Under the pieces are notes generated by a model. The model was not told the origin of the DNA and did not search any database. It saw only the letters and a list, made by a program, of their open reading frames with translations. DNA of 59,449 bases from an uncultured bacterium (GTDB lineage Bacteria > Patescibacteriota > Minisyncoccia > Phycocordibacterales > UBA2100), in NCBI GenBank assembly GCA_903854215.1, contig CAINVT010000058.1:1-59449 (forward strand). Reading direction: 5' to 3'. Below are positions 7,058-17,013 of the stretch, piece after piece (positions within the stretch are counted from its first letter, which is position 1; every line of letters begins with the position of its first letter). The translations under genes and the position numbers were made by a program.

Positions 7058-9837
7058 AGTTTTGTTCCCACCAATACCTTCAACTCCTCAATCATACCAA
7101 GAATTTGAGTGCCTTGGGCCGGTGTGATCTGTTCTACCTTCATCAGCAACTTCGGCTTCGACTTGGTAACTTCGTTCTCAACATACGTTTCGATCAGATT
7201 CAACTTGCGCAAAACCCGCGTCTTCACTACGTCTTTTGTATTGGTGTCTTTCAGATCTCCATCATCATTGTTCCATTGCGTGCTCTTACCAATGAGATAG
7301 CTGGCATTCATGATCTTCGCCTCGAGTTGGATCTTCACCAAGAGCCCGAGATCCATGCCAAGAATATCCGTGAACATCAGCTTCGCATATGCGGCAGGAT
7401 CGGTAAGCTGCGCAGATGATGATATCGTCATGTCGGTCTTGCCATCACCATTCTCATCGACCACGAGCGATGTCGCTGTAGGGTTTGTACTATTGAGACT
7501 TATGGCAACCGTGCTCGAAGCAGTGACCGGAATCCCACTGAAGGTTACCGGTATCGTCGCTACCCCACCGGAGACCGGCGTGACCTCGAAGGTGAACGTC
7601 CCTGTGTCGGTGCCATGCAGTTTGACATTGTAAACGCCGTTTGCAGGCAGCCCGATGTATTGTCCTTCTCCATATCGTTGGTAGTAACTTCCGGGAATCT
7701 GCTCTTCGACATACAGGTCGTCTGATTGCGGATTAGGATTTGGTGCCAGTCCGGTGTGATTGCCTTGGGCATCATAGACATCAAGCGACACCGGCGAGAG
7801 GACGCGGAGACGTAAGCTTTTGGTTAGCGAAGTAGGAGTAGGTTCCACCGAAGTTACATATAATGATGATAGTTGTGGAGAAGACGAAGCTATCAGTTGA
7901 CTGAATAGATCTTCAAAAATTTGTGTTTCCGTGATATTCGCGTGATTAAAGTTTGTGTGTTTATCATTGTTAATTTTATTTACATTTATGTAGTAAGTTT
8001 GCCACGCCGTCGTCGCCACCTGGCTTGGGATTACGACAGTCCCATCTCCATCTTCAGTCATATTTACAATGTGACGTGGATCTACCACTGTCTCACATGA
8101 TCCATTTTGACATTGCGCGTGAGCCACTTCAGAGTATGTGACTTCAGACGGCGTATCGATTCCCCATCCGGCAATCTGTATTACTTGCACTCCGACAGGC
8201 GGTACCCACGAATCTAGATTCGCATGAAGTGTAGCTGCGCTCGTCAGAAGTTTTGACGAAAGCACATCAGGTGTTTCTGTATCGAGGAATACTGGTTTCT
8301 TGCGTCCACCAGCACCGGTAATGAAGCTGGCAAGTTGTGTTGAATTTGTGATGGTCGGTGTGGATATCCCGGCAGTCGATTTGAGTGTCGGGGCGTTAGA
8401 GAGGTCAACAACGGGCGTCGCAACCTTTGTAAAGTATGCTGCGGATGGCAAGAGATCGTACGCGTCGGGCATATTCTCGGCAAGTCCGCGCGCAGTAGAA
8501 AGCGACGCCATAAATCCTTTCGACTCGGGAATATCCTGAAAATCTCCATGCAGCATTGACGCTATTGCTTTCGGCGTACCGGTCTGCGGCACGTCGACGA
8601 AGATTATTTTGTCGACAAGATTGGATTGGCCTTCGGATTGCAATTTTATCATGAGAGCCTTCGTGATGAGGCCTCCATTGGAATGTGCGACAATCGTCAC
8701 CTTGCCGGTTTTCGATGTCTTTGCGAGCAATATGAGTTCCTGATCGAGATAATGTGTCCCATCATCGTACTGTGTGCCCTTATTAACTACGTCGTCCGGA
8801 CTCATACGCCAGTCATAGGGAAATACGAGGTAATCACTAATCGAACTGCTCACCTTGAGACCCGCAAGCTGCGCCAGAAATGATTTGTAAATATTGTCTG
8901 CGTAATAGGTGTACCCCGCGATAATAGGCGCGCCTTCTGTATCAATCGCTGCATTCGTCTTTGTATAAATGTGGTTGATACTCGCACCACTACTATCAAG
9001 GTACAAGGATTTTACATCGGCCTGATTACTTAAAAAACCTGGTTCCCAAAGTTGGTGTTCCGTACTGCCAGTCAATGTGTACAAACGGCTCGATTCGACA
9101 CCAGGAATAAACAAGACATTCGATTCGCAATTCTTCGAACACGACGCGGTCGCTGCGCCGGCGACATAGTTGAATGAGATTTGTGAAATCCAAGTGATCG
9201 GGAAATTCATGTTTGGGTCATAGGGATCGGCGAACCAGTGCGCGATATCCGCATCGGTGGTCGGGCGGTCGATGCCGGTATCCGTAATCGGATCGTAGAT
9301 ACCGATCGTCGTCGGGAAGTATCCGGCGACAATCGTATAGGTATCTGAAGGGGTGGAAGCGTTGCCGAATGCCGGCAAATTGAATGTGACATGATTCGTC
9401 GTTACTTGCTTAATCGGGGCGGGAGCATCCACCACGGAATAATTCCCCCCTGATACCGCATCACCTCCTTCCAAATTTCCGTAGGTACCGCGGAATATTC
9501 CGTAGAATCCCTGCGTACCTGATGGCTGGCTGTTCGCCGGCTTGAGAATCGTAACGTCCCAATCACCGTTAATGGAATTGAGATCTGCACCATTGACGGT
9601 GACTAGCGGAGTAACGAATGTATCATTAACGGTGACACCGGCATGACTCGCAGAGAGCCATGGTTTTGGAGCAAGGATAATATCTGCATATGTTTTAGTG
9701 GTAGGTACGAACAAACAGAAAAGCACAACGAGCGACGCGGCGACAAAAGCCGCCGCGTCTGCTCCGCGCACATTTGAAATCGAAATGCCTGACCCCAAAG
9801 CATTTACATCTACGCTTGACCCCAGAGCGTTGTTCAT
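7054..9837 (-). CDS. large exported alpha/beta hydrolase (lipase / LCAT-like)
   Basis: VLFIPGVESSRL, FPYDWR, nucleophile elbow IVAHSNGG, GDGTV, N-terminal hydrophobic segment, C-terminal DENGDGKTD loop. Confidence 0.85.
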   Translation of the reverse strand: MNNALGSSVDVNALGSGISISNVRGADAAAFVAASLVVLFCLFVPTTKTYADIILAPKPWLSASHAGVTVNDTFVTPLVTVNGADLNSINGDWDVTILKPANSQPSGTQGFYGIFRGTYGNLEGGDAVSGGNYSVVDAPAPIKQVTTNHVTFNLPAFGNASTPSDTYTIVAGYFPTTIGIYDPITDTGIDRPTTDADIAHWFADPYDPNMNFPITWISQISFNYVAGAATASCSKNCESNVLFIPGVESSRLYTLTGSTEHQLWEPGFLSNQADVKSLYLDSSGASINHIYTKTNAAIDTEGAPIIAGYTYYADNIYKSFLAQLAGLKVSSSISDYLVFPYDWRMSPDDVVNKGTQYDDGTHYLDQELILLAKTSKTGKVTIVAHSNGGLITKALMIKLQSEGQSNLVDKIIFVDVPQTGTPKAIASMLHGDFQDIPESKGFMASLSTARGLAENMPDAYDLLPSAAYFTKVATPVVDLSNAPTLKSTAGISTPTITNSTQLASFITGAGGRKKPVFLDTETPDVLSSKLLTSAATLHANLDSWVPPVGVQVIQIAGWGIDTPSEVTYSEVAHAQCQNGSCETVVDPRHIVNMTEDGDGTVVIPSQVATTAWQTYYINVNKINNDKHTNFNHANITETQIFEDLFSQLIASSSPQLSSLYVTSVEPTPTSLTKSLRLRVLSPVSLDVYDAQGNHTGLAPNPNPQSDDLYVEEQIPGSYYQRYGEGQYIGLPANGVYNVKLHGTDTGTFTFEVTPVSGGVATIPVTFSGIPVTASSTVAISLNSTNPTATSLVVDENGDGKTDMTISSSAQLTDPAAYAKLMFTDILGMDLGLLVKIQLEAKIMNASYLIGKSTQWNNDDGDLKDTNTKDVVKTRVLRKLNLIETYVENEVTKSKPKLLMKVEQITPAQGTQILGMIEELKVLVGTKL

Positions 9838-9896
9838 ATGTGACACGGATTATGCCACCAACGAAACCGCCCTCAAGAGGTTATCCACAAAAGTTA

Positions 9897-10723
9897 CCAA
9901 GCTCAGAGCTTGGTGATTTCTGTGGATAACTACAAAGCTCTGAGCTTTGTATATTCGGCATGTTTTTCGTGGACACGATGCGTTTCGGATTTGATGAGTT
10001 CATCGAGATCATCTTGTGCGTCAAAAAAATCGGGCAGCTCGTCGGCAAGGATGGCGCGTTCGGGACGTTCGTCGATATGGTCTTTGAAGCTCGAAAATCG
10101 ATATTCAGACAAGAATAGGCGCGCTTTCCTCGCGCAACGAATCCCCTTGTCTTTCCAATCGGATTGCAGAAGATCAAGCGGATTGAGATGCACGTAGGCG
10201 AACAGGTACCGAAAATACGATTCAGTGTCGATACGTTTGGATTGATATCTCCCCTGGAAAAGCGTGCCCGAGTGGTCATAGCGTGCATTGAAATACATCG
10301 AGTACGCACCGCAGATCTTTTGGAGAAATTGCTGGATCCCGTTGTCAGTTTTGGAACGCAAGACGAGATGAAAATGATTGGGCATCAGCGTGTACGCCAA
10401 AATGTCGACCAATGATTTTTCGCTATATTCGTGTTTGAAAATTTCCGCAAAACCCCTGCCCTTGAATCGTTTGGCGGAATATTTTGAGAGGACGTCCCGC
10501 ATCACCACGTGATCGCGTGTGTTGTACAGATAGAGCAGGAGTAGGAATCGCTCGCGATCTTCATCAGAAGTGAATATGTCATGCTTATGAGCACCGCGAT
10601 TGTAGACGTGGTAATTTTCTCCTTCAGCAAGCATCTGACCCCTAAGATACATCGGAAGATTGTAATCCTACAAAGCTCAGAGCTTTGTAGTTATCCACAG
10701 AAATTACCAAGCTCTGAGCTTGG
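9897..10723. mobile_element. RAYT (REPtron-like) element bounded by 55-bp inverted repeats
   Basis: 9897-9951 and 10669-10723 are reverse complements with one mismatch; each holds two AAGCTC-N-GAGCTT palindromes. Confidence 0.85.
9930..10652 (-). CDS. REP-associated tyrosine transposase (RAYT, Y1 HUH family)
   Basis: YHVYNRG, LMPNHFHL (HUH), GTLFQGRY, YVHLNP, YRFSS motifs. Confidence 0.93.
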   Translation of the reverse strand: MYLRGQMLAEGENYHVYNRGAHKHDIFTSDEDRERFLLLLYLYNTRDHVVMRDVLSKYSAKRFKGRGFAEIFKHEYSEKSLVDILAYTLMPNHFHLVLRSKTDNGIQQFLQKICGAYSMYFNARYDHSGTLFQGRYQSKRIDTESYFRYLFAYVHLNPLDLLQSDWKDKGIRCARKARLFLSEYRFSSFKDHIDERPERAILADELPDFFDAQDDLDELIKSETHRVHEKHAEYTKLRAL

Positions 10724-10734
10724 CGTGTGGGGAG

Positions 10735-11466
10735 CTATTGGTATTTGGCGAGATCGGCTTTGAGTTCTGCTGCGTTGGGGTTGGCAGCGAGACCTTGTTT
10801 GAGCAGTGCGATGATCGTGGTCGTCGACTGCGGATATTGATTGGTATAGAGCGAAAACAAATCTTGATAGAGATACACCTGTGTCGGATTGTTCGCGATT
10901 GCAGCCTTGTATGCGGCGGCAGCTTGCGGATACTTATGGAGATAATTCGTATAGAGATCGGCTAGGTTGGCATTCGAGACGACATTGCTTGGATACAGCG
11001 CGAGCGCGTACTGCCAATCGGCAGCAGCGCCCGCATAATCCCCCGCTTCTTTTCGAGCATCGCCGAGTGTGATCCATGCATTGAAATTCTTGCTGTCACT
11101 TTTGAGCACAGCCTGAGCCTGTGTGAACTGCGTTTGTATCGATGACTGCAGATCGGTCGAGATTCCAGAAGTAAAAACGAGCGCCGCTTTGAAGTCGGGT
11201 GCCGCCGGTGCGTTGCCGGCAGATACGACGTGGATCGTGTAGCCCGCGTTCGAGGATGCGGACGTAACAGAGATTGATGCCGCCGGTGAAGCCGATGTCT
11301 TGACGGTCGTCGAAGTCGCACTCGTGGTGGTACTTGTAGCGGTATTCGAAGGAGTGCCCGGAGACGCCGGTTGCTTCGAGAAGTAATACGCGATACCGAT
11401 GAGTATGATCGCGACAATAATAATACCTCCGATGATCTGGTTACGTTTGTCCTGTCGTGGTTCCAT
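10735..11466 (-). CDS. membrane-anchored TPR protein with Ser/Thr-rich stalk
   Basis: N-terminal TM helix, S/T/A linker, TPR-like repeats (AWITLG..GDYAGA, NLADLY). Confidence 0.8.
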   Translation of the reverse strand: MEPRQDKRNQIIGGIIIVAIILIGIAYYFSKQPASPGTPSNTATSTTTSATSTTVKTSASPAASISVTSASSNAGYTIHVVSAGNAPAAPDFKAALVFTSGISTDLQSSIQTQFTQAQAVLKSDSKNFNAWITLGDARKEAGDYAGAAADWQYALALYPSNVVSNANLADLYTNYLHKYPQAAAAYKAAIANNPTQVYLYQDLFSLYTNQYPQSTTTIIALLKQGLAANPNAAELKADLAKYQ

Positions 11467-11509
11467 ATGTCCCCAGAATACCACAGCTCGGGCATCGGGC
11501 AAAAGCGGC

Positions 11510-13093
11510 TTACGAAACCGTATTGCCAGTGCGTTTTTCTTCGTGATAATCCTCTTCGGAATTGATCGACCAGAGGGCCGACTTGTCGGTGCGACCGGCA
11601 ATGATATTGTCGACCGCCATCATGGCGGCGAGCATCGAATGATCTTGATTGTTGTATCGATGCATGCCGTTACGACCGATGAGAAAGAGATTTTCGAACT
11701 GATTGAAATGATCGCGTACGACAGAGAGTCGATCGTATGTACCGGTGTAACTCGGATACGCTTTCGGCTGCCGAATCACGACGCCGCCGATCACCGTACG
11801 ATCACGTAGCAATCCGATCTTCGCAAGTTCTTCACCGGCGAATGCGACAAGATCCTCGTCACGCATATTCCATAATGCATCACCTTCCGCACAAAAATAT
11901 TCGAGTCCGACCCAACCGCGTGATTGATCGGCAAGCAATTGCGGACTCCAATTGTTGAAAAATTGCACACGACCTACGTTGACCCCCGGTTCATGCACGT
12001 ACATCCATGTATCAAGAAATGGTGATCTGTCCGCTTCAACGAGCGGCGCATCAAGCAAAAGTCCGACCGTCAAAAAATCACGATATTGCAGGCCACCCGC
12101 AACGTCTTCGACTTCGGCCGGCAGATGACCGTTGAAAATCTGTGCCAAAAGACGCACGTCGGTCGTCGAAAAAACATAATCCGCATCGATGATCTCCGTC
12201 CCCGCTTTTGTCTGTACCTGCACGCTTGTAACGCGTGAACCCGCGCTTTCTATACCGACGACTGACTCACCCATGCGCACCTCGCCACCCTTTGATTGCA
12301 CCTGATCAGCGACACGTTCCCACAATTGGCCTGGTCCGTAAACAGGATATAAAAACTGTTCGATCAAGGATGTCTCGACGGATTTTCCCGCAAGTGGTCC
12401 GGCATGCAACAGCTTCTTGATCGCATGTGCGATCGCACCGCTCACCGAAAGACTCTTGATACGCTGCGCGCCCCACTCGGCCGAAAGTTCTCGACACGGA
12501 ACGCCCCAGACTTTTTCTGTATACGATTTGAAGAACGTCTTGTAGAGCTCAGTACCGAATCGATTGATGAAAAAATCTTCGAGCGTCGTCTCCGGCTTGC
12601 GTGGAAAAAGTCGCGACCACATGTACGTCCATCCGATCTTCACGACCTTCACGGGTCCCAGTTTGGAAAGCGTATCGAACGATAATTCAACGGGATACGC
12701 GAAAAGTTTGCCGCCGTAGAGAATGCGCGTCTTGCGCGGACGTACACGCAGGACGTTCTCACCGTCTGCCGACGATGCCATACGCATACCGTCCGTGAGC
12801 GCGCGCGTCGTGCGTTGATACGTGATATCGGTGCTTTTGTCGAGATCCAATTCGACCGGCAAGATCTCGCTCCACCATTTCATCACGCGATCCGACTTCG
12901 AGAAAAATCGATGGCCGCCGAGATCAATGCGATTGCCGTTCCATTTGACCGTACGCGAAATACCGCCGACGTATTCAGCATCTCGCTCGATCACGATCGG
13001 CTTGATATCGGTCCGCGTCAATAATTCATATGCTGCGGTAAGTCCCGCCGGCCCCGCACCGATAATGACTGCGATCTTTTTCTTTTCATTCAT
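11510..13093 (-). CDS. FAD-dependent oxidoreductase (UDP-galactopyranose mutase / amine oxidase-like family)
   Basis: [39 protein letters not shown]. Confidence 0.88.
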   Translation of the reverse strand: MNEKKKIAVIIGAGPAGLTAAYELLTRTDIKPIVIERDAEYVGGISRTVKWNGNRIDLGGHRFFSKSDRVMKWWSEILPVELDLDKSTDITYQRTTRALTDGMRMASSADGENVLRVRPRKTRILYGGKLFAYPVELSFDTLSKLGPVKVVKIGWTYMWSRLFPRKPETTLEDFFINRFGTELYKTFFKSYTEKVWGVPCRELSAEWGAQRIKSLSVSGAIAHAIKKLLHAGPLAGKSVETSLIEQFLYPVYGPGQLWERVADQVQSKGGEVRMGESVVGIESAGSRVTSVQVQTKAGTEIIDADYVFSTTDVRLLAQIFNGHLPAEVEDVAGGLQYRDFLTVGLLLDAPLVEADRSPFLDTWMYVHEPGVNVGRVQFFNNWSPQLLADQSRGWVGLEYFCAEGDALWNMRDEDLVAFAGEELAKIGLLRDRTVIGGVVIRQPKAYPSYTGTYDRLSVVRDHFNQFENLFLIGRNGMHRYNNQDHSMLAAMMAVDNIIAGRTDKSALWSINSEEDYHEEKRTGNTVS

Positions 13094-13196
13094 AGAAATA
13101 TGATCAACGACAGTGCGGCAATCGTAGCATAAAAGTTGAAGGTCGGCTTTTGCGCCGACCTTCTGTTCGTGTTCGCATTCATTCGCATTCACGAGC

Positions 13197-13721
13197 CTAG
13201 AGTTTTCCGTTCTCGCGTCGCACAGCCGTTTTTTCCAGAAACCATTGACGCCAGCCAAGCACATCAACGATGGGAAAAACGACGTCAAGAATAAGGTCAG
13301 TCATCAATTCCTGCGGTCGCGGAATACCGAAGATGACGCGATGACTGACATTCTTCTCATTCCGCGTCAGCCACCAGACACGCGGGAAATGCGATAGTGA
13401 TGAAACAACGACGAGTTGGGCATTATTCTCGCGCACTCTGTTCAGAGCAGCTTCGATTTGGCCGATCGTCTCGAACCCTTCTGGAATGACGATCGTATTT
13501 TGACCGCCGAGTTTTCCAAGCGCTTCACGTTGAAAATCGCGCTCGAAAAATCCAGGCTCTTCAAAACCGCTCACGACCAGCAGTGCGCACTGTGCACTAC
13601 CGGCCCAACGTTGGATTAGTACGGCGGCTTCGCACGCGCGATACCAGTCCTGCCATCGAAGCGGACCGATACGACCCACGGGGTTCGGGCTTTTCATCAA
13701 TGGAAGAACAAAAGTGTACAC
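13197..13721 (-). CDS. YdcF/ElyC (DUF218)-like protein
   Basis: [23 protein letters not shown] pattern. Confidence 0.55.
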   Translation of the reverse strand: MYTFVLPLMKSPNPVGRIGPLRWQDWYRACEAAVLIQRWAGSAQCALLVVSGFEEPGFFERDFQREALGKLGGQNTIVIPEGFETIGQIEAALNRVRENNAQLVVVSSLSHFPRVWWLTRNEKNVSHRVIFGIPRPQELMTDLILDVVFPIVDVLGWRQWFLEKTAVRRENGKL

Positions 13722-13794
13722 CTCTACTCCTCCCTAAAAGACTGTCGGACTTCGTATACTATGACATTTTGATACAAAAAAGCAAGTGTTAGCA

Positions 13795-15270
13795 CTATCG
13801 CGGCGGACGCGTGCGCTTCGTCCGTCGAATTAACATATCCGTGAATGCTGAAACACCGGTAATCGCGAGGATGAAAAGATACGGCTCCGCGGGGATGCGG
13901 TAGCGCGCGAGAGAAACGGGGCCGGTGAGCAGTGCGAAGTACGCGACGAGTCCGGTAAATAACAGCATATAAAAGAGTTCGCCCCGCCGAATGATGAGCG
14001 CAGAAAGCGCGCCGAGGCATACGATGAACCAGAACGCGACTTCGAGTAAGATCGGCATGATCGTCCCAAGGCGAGCAAGCCGATCGCGAATGGTGCCGGA
14101 GGTACGTATTTGTGCGAGTACTGTCGAAGGCGGCACAAGATAGCTGCTGTTATCGCGTTCCTGCATCACCATCTGTTCATATGCCGCAACGCTGCTGTCG
14201 GCGAAAAATGGGATCGTATTGATCACATGAAAATAGGCGTACGAGAACGGATGCTGGAGGATCAGATCCTCCGCAAGCCTTCCTTGCTGATTCGTTTGAT
14301 CACCGCCCGGCGGTGTCAGCTGTGCGAGGCCTGCAGCTATCATTTTGTCGACTTGTGCGTATGCAGGATCAGCCCACGCGATTCGTACCGCAGCAATCGC
14401 CGAGATGTGCTCACCATTTGCATTCATCAAGCGCCACGCAAGAAAGTCACGCACATTGTACTCGAGAAGATTACTTGCTCCCACATGCGCGATCTCGATC
14501 GCGCCAAAATCTCGATCATTACGGATCACCCACGGCGTGACGACGAGGAGAACTGCGACAATATAAACGCACAGCGGAAGGATCATCGTTTTCCATTGCT
14601 TCATGGTGTTCACTGCGAAGATACCGCCGGGGCGGAAAAGATACATGATCGGTAGGATCGGGATCAAAAATTCGCCGATCGGCCGAATGAGGACCGCAAC
14701 GCCCATGAGAACTCCGACGAACGCCCAACGTATGATCTCGCGACCACGACTGCGCAGTTCGAAGAAAAACATCAAATAGACGCACATGACGATGAGTGAA
14801 CTGAAAATGCCGTCGGTGATGATCGTCGTGTTGCCGATGATGACCGAAGGGTCGAGCATGTACAGCAATGCGGGCACGAGTGCGAGCGCGGGTTGCACGA
14901 AACGTTGCGCCATCACATAGACCAAGATCGACGCGACAAGCGCGAGCATTGTTTGGATGACGACCGCGAGTACGAACCCTCCGCTTATCGCTTTCACGCC
15001 AGCAAGAAAGAGCGCATAGCCCGGCGGCCATTGCCGCTCCGGCGAGAGGTCAGGACTGTATGAAAAGACACCGTGTGCGAGGATGTTGTCGGCCATGAGC
15101 GCGTAACTTTGTGAATCCCCTTTCACGATAGGATACGGCGCCGACTGCGGATTGTGTACGGCACTGTGCGCGAGATACGCGTACGAGGATGCGTAGGTAC
15201 CTATGAGGATGATCGTCAGAATGAGAAGCCGATTCTGCTCTGATTGCAGCGCACCTCGAAACAAGTTCAT
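13795..15270 (-). CDS. GT-C integral membrane glycosyltransferase (ArnT/PMT-like)
   Basis: GDSQSY loop, PPGYALFL, VLIRP, PWVIRN, ARYRIP; many TM segments. Confidence 0.85.
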   Translation of the reverse strand: MNLFRGALQSEQNRLLILTIILIGTYASSYAYLAHSAVHNPQSAPYPIVKGDSQSYALMADNILAHGVFSYSPDLSPERQWPPGYALFLAGVKAISGGFVLAVVIQTMLALVASILVYVMAQRFVQPALALVPALLYMLDPSVIIGNTTIITDGIFSSLIVMCVYLMFFFELRSRGREIIRWAFVGVLMGVAVLIRPIGEFLIPILPIMYLFRPGGIFAVNTMKQWKTMILPLCVYIVAVLLVVTPWVIRNDRDFGAIEIAHVGASNLLEYNVRDFLAWRLMNANGEHISAIAAVRIAWADPAYAQVDKMIAAGLAQLTPPGGDQTNQQGRLAEDLILQHPFSYAYFHVINTIPFFADSSVAAYEQMVMQERDNSSYLVPPSTVLAQIRTSGTIRDRLARLGTIMPILLEVAFWFIVCLGALSALIIRRGELFYMLLFTGLVAYFALLTGPVSLARYRIPAEPYLFILAITGVSAFTDMLIRRTKRTRPPR

Positions 15271-15271
15271 A

Positions 15272-16114
15272 TCAGACGCGATTGTGGTCGTCTTCGAGTC
15301 GAACGATGTCGTTCTCGTCAAAATCACCGAGCGCGATCTCGACGACGATACCACCTTTTTTCGATTCGAGTCGGTGCACCGCCTTCACATCCACATTGAT
15401 CACCTCACCTCTTTTCATCGAGATCAGGCGCGGTGTACCGTCTTTGTCATGGACAGTCGCTACTGCATCCCCCTCCACGAGCATCCAATGTTCCTGTCGG
15501 TGATGATGATATTGCAAACTCAAACGCTGCTTCGGACTGATATAGATCGTTTTTAATTTCCATCCCTCACCCGCATCCCATCCATAAAATTCTCCCCACG
15601 GACGTACCGATCGGACGAAGTTGCGCGCCGCATCGCGAATCATCCATGACGACGATTGGACCTTGCCACCCCTTCCGATATTGTAGACAACTTTGATGCC
15701 CAACTTTTTGCAAAGTTCTACTTCGGGTATCGGATCACCACTCGGCTTACGATCGCCGCCATTGGCAAAGATTGCAGGTTTGAGTTTGGCGAGTTCGCGC
15801 GAGACACTTCGATCAGGATCATCTTTCTTGTGCGAAGTCAGCACAACCTTATCGACGAACGGAAAACTCTTGATGATCTCGGCGCGCTCTTTCTCTTGCA
15901 TGAATACATGTCCCTTCTTGGAACGAAGCCAATTATCATTGTTAATGACAACGACAAGCTTGTCGCCCAGCTTGTGTGCCGCTTCAAACATCCGCACGTG
16001 CCCGATATGTATCGGATCAAAACCGCCCGAAACCATGACCCACTGCTCCGCGCGAGGTTTCGCCGCGTTTGCCTTCTTCATATTCTTTCCTTTTTTCGCA
16101 TGTGTGATGGCCAT
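15272..16114 (-). CDS. cytidylyltransferase (TagD/RfaE-like) fused to a mannose-6-phosphate isomerase-type cupin
   Basis: SGGFDPIHIGH, ANGGDR, KVQSSS, then RPWG..RLSLQYHHHRQEHW..DIVRLEDD. Confidence 0.9.
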   Translation of the reverse strand: MAITHAKKGKNMKKANAAKPRAEQWVMVSGGFDPIHIGHVRMFEAAHKLGDKLVVVINNDNWLRSKKGHVFMQEKERAEIIKSFPFVDKVVLTSHKKDDPDRSVSRELAKLKPAIFANGGDRKPSGDPIPEVELCKKLGIKVVYNIGRGGKVQSSSWMIRDAARNFVRSVRPWGEFYGWDAGEGWKLKTIYISPKQRLSLQYHHHRQEHWMLVEGDAVATVHDKDGTPRLISMKRGEVINVDVKAVHRLESKKGGIVVEIALGDFDENDIVRLEDDHNRV

Positions 16115-16139
16115 ACTTCTTTTATCGTTACGTGCGAAT

Positions 16140-16175
16140 AGTCTAGCAAGCCCGACATGAACGCGCTAGGATGAA
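16140..16175 (+). repeat. direct repeat, left of the NYN cassette
   Basis: AGTCTAGCAAGC-N8-AACGCGCTAGGATGAA, repeated at 16974-17009. Confidence 0.85.
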
Positions 16176-16253
16176 AGTACATCAGACGGTTAAGGGATTT
16201 TGTGTATTTTGCATACAGCATTGTGAACATATAATTGCTATATAATTGCCAAA

Positions 16254-16886
16254 ATGAAAACTTTTGCTTTTATTGATGCGTCCAACCTCTTTTATGGCGG
16301 CCAGAAATCGCTCGGCTGGAGCATCGATTATGCAAAGCTCCGAGACTATTTGAAAGAAAAATATGGCATTGAGCGAGCGTACTTTTTCGGCGGTGTTGAA
16401 ATATATCGGTATCCGTTTGATTATCTTGCGTACGAGTCAGTGCCCATCCGACAGCTTGAGCATTACATTCTCGATTTGATACAGAAAGAAGGCACACGAA
16501 TGACTGAGGCACAACTCGTTCTTTTCGATCGGCACCTGAAGCGCATTCGTTTCTATCGCAAACTGGAGTCATTCGGCTACACACTCATTTTGAAACCAGT
16601 CAAGACATATACAGACGAGGATGGCAACCCGCGTCGCAAAGCAAATTGCGATGTCGACATGGCTTTCTATCTTATGCGCGAACGCGACGACTTCGAACGT
16701 GCGCTGATACTTTCTGGCGATGGCGATTTCCTGCCCGTACTAAAATTCCTCAAAAAGAACGGTAAGCAGGTTGTCGTACTCGCGCGTAGCCCGCGCACCG
16801 CAAAAGAAATAAAGCAGTTCGCAGGGAACAACTTCAGGGATTTTGAGTACCTGCGCGAATTACTCAAACGCGATGATGAGGGGTGA
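16254..16886 (+). CDS. NYN-domain (LabA/DUF88, PIN-like) nuclease
   Basis: FIDASNL, KANCDVDM, ILSGDGDF acidic motifs intact; TATAAT 7 nt before ATG. Confidence 0.92.
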   Translation: MKTFAFIDASNLFYGGQKSLGWSIDYAKLRDYLKEKYGIERAYFFGGVEIYRYPFDYLAYESVPIRQLEHYILDLIQKEGTRMTEAQLVLFDRHLKRIRFYRKLESFGYTLILKPVKTYTDEDGNPRRKANCDVDMAFYLMRERDDFERALILSGDGDFLPVLKFLKKNGKQVVVLARSPRTAKEIKQFAGNNFRDFEYLRELLKRDDEG

Positions 16887-16964
16887 AAACAGCGAGCGGC
16901 ACCCATGTAGGATGCCGCTCAAGTCTGGTACCAGTTATGATAGATGATCGGCGCAAAAAGTCAA
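16884..16964 (-). ncRNA. candidate convergent small RNA and its promoter downstream of the NYN gene
   Basis: TTGACT-16-TATCAT (16964-16937) followed by an 11-bp hairpin at 16894-16920 and a short U run. Confidence 0.5.
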
Positions 16965-16973
16965 TGACAAGTC

Positions 16974-17009
16974 AGTCTAGCAAGCAAGGCAGCAACGCGC
17001 TAGGATGAA
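16974..17009 (+). repeat. direct repeat, right of the NYN cassette
   Basis: Second copy of AGTCTAGCAAGC-N8-AACGCGCTAGGATGAA. Confidence 0.85.
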
Positions 17010-17013
17010 CGAT

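Noticed and set aside
9881-10699. Replication origin suggested by three DnaA boxes
   Set aside because: The boxes are parts of the RAYT inverted repeats; no dnaA/dnaN or AT-rich unwinding element nearby.
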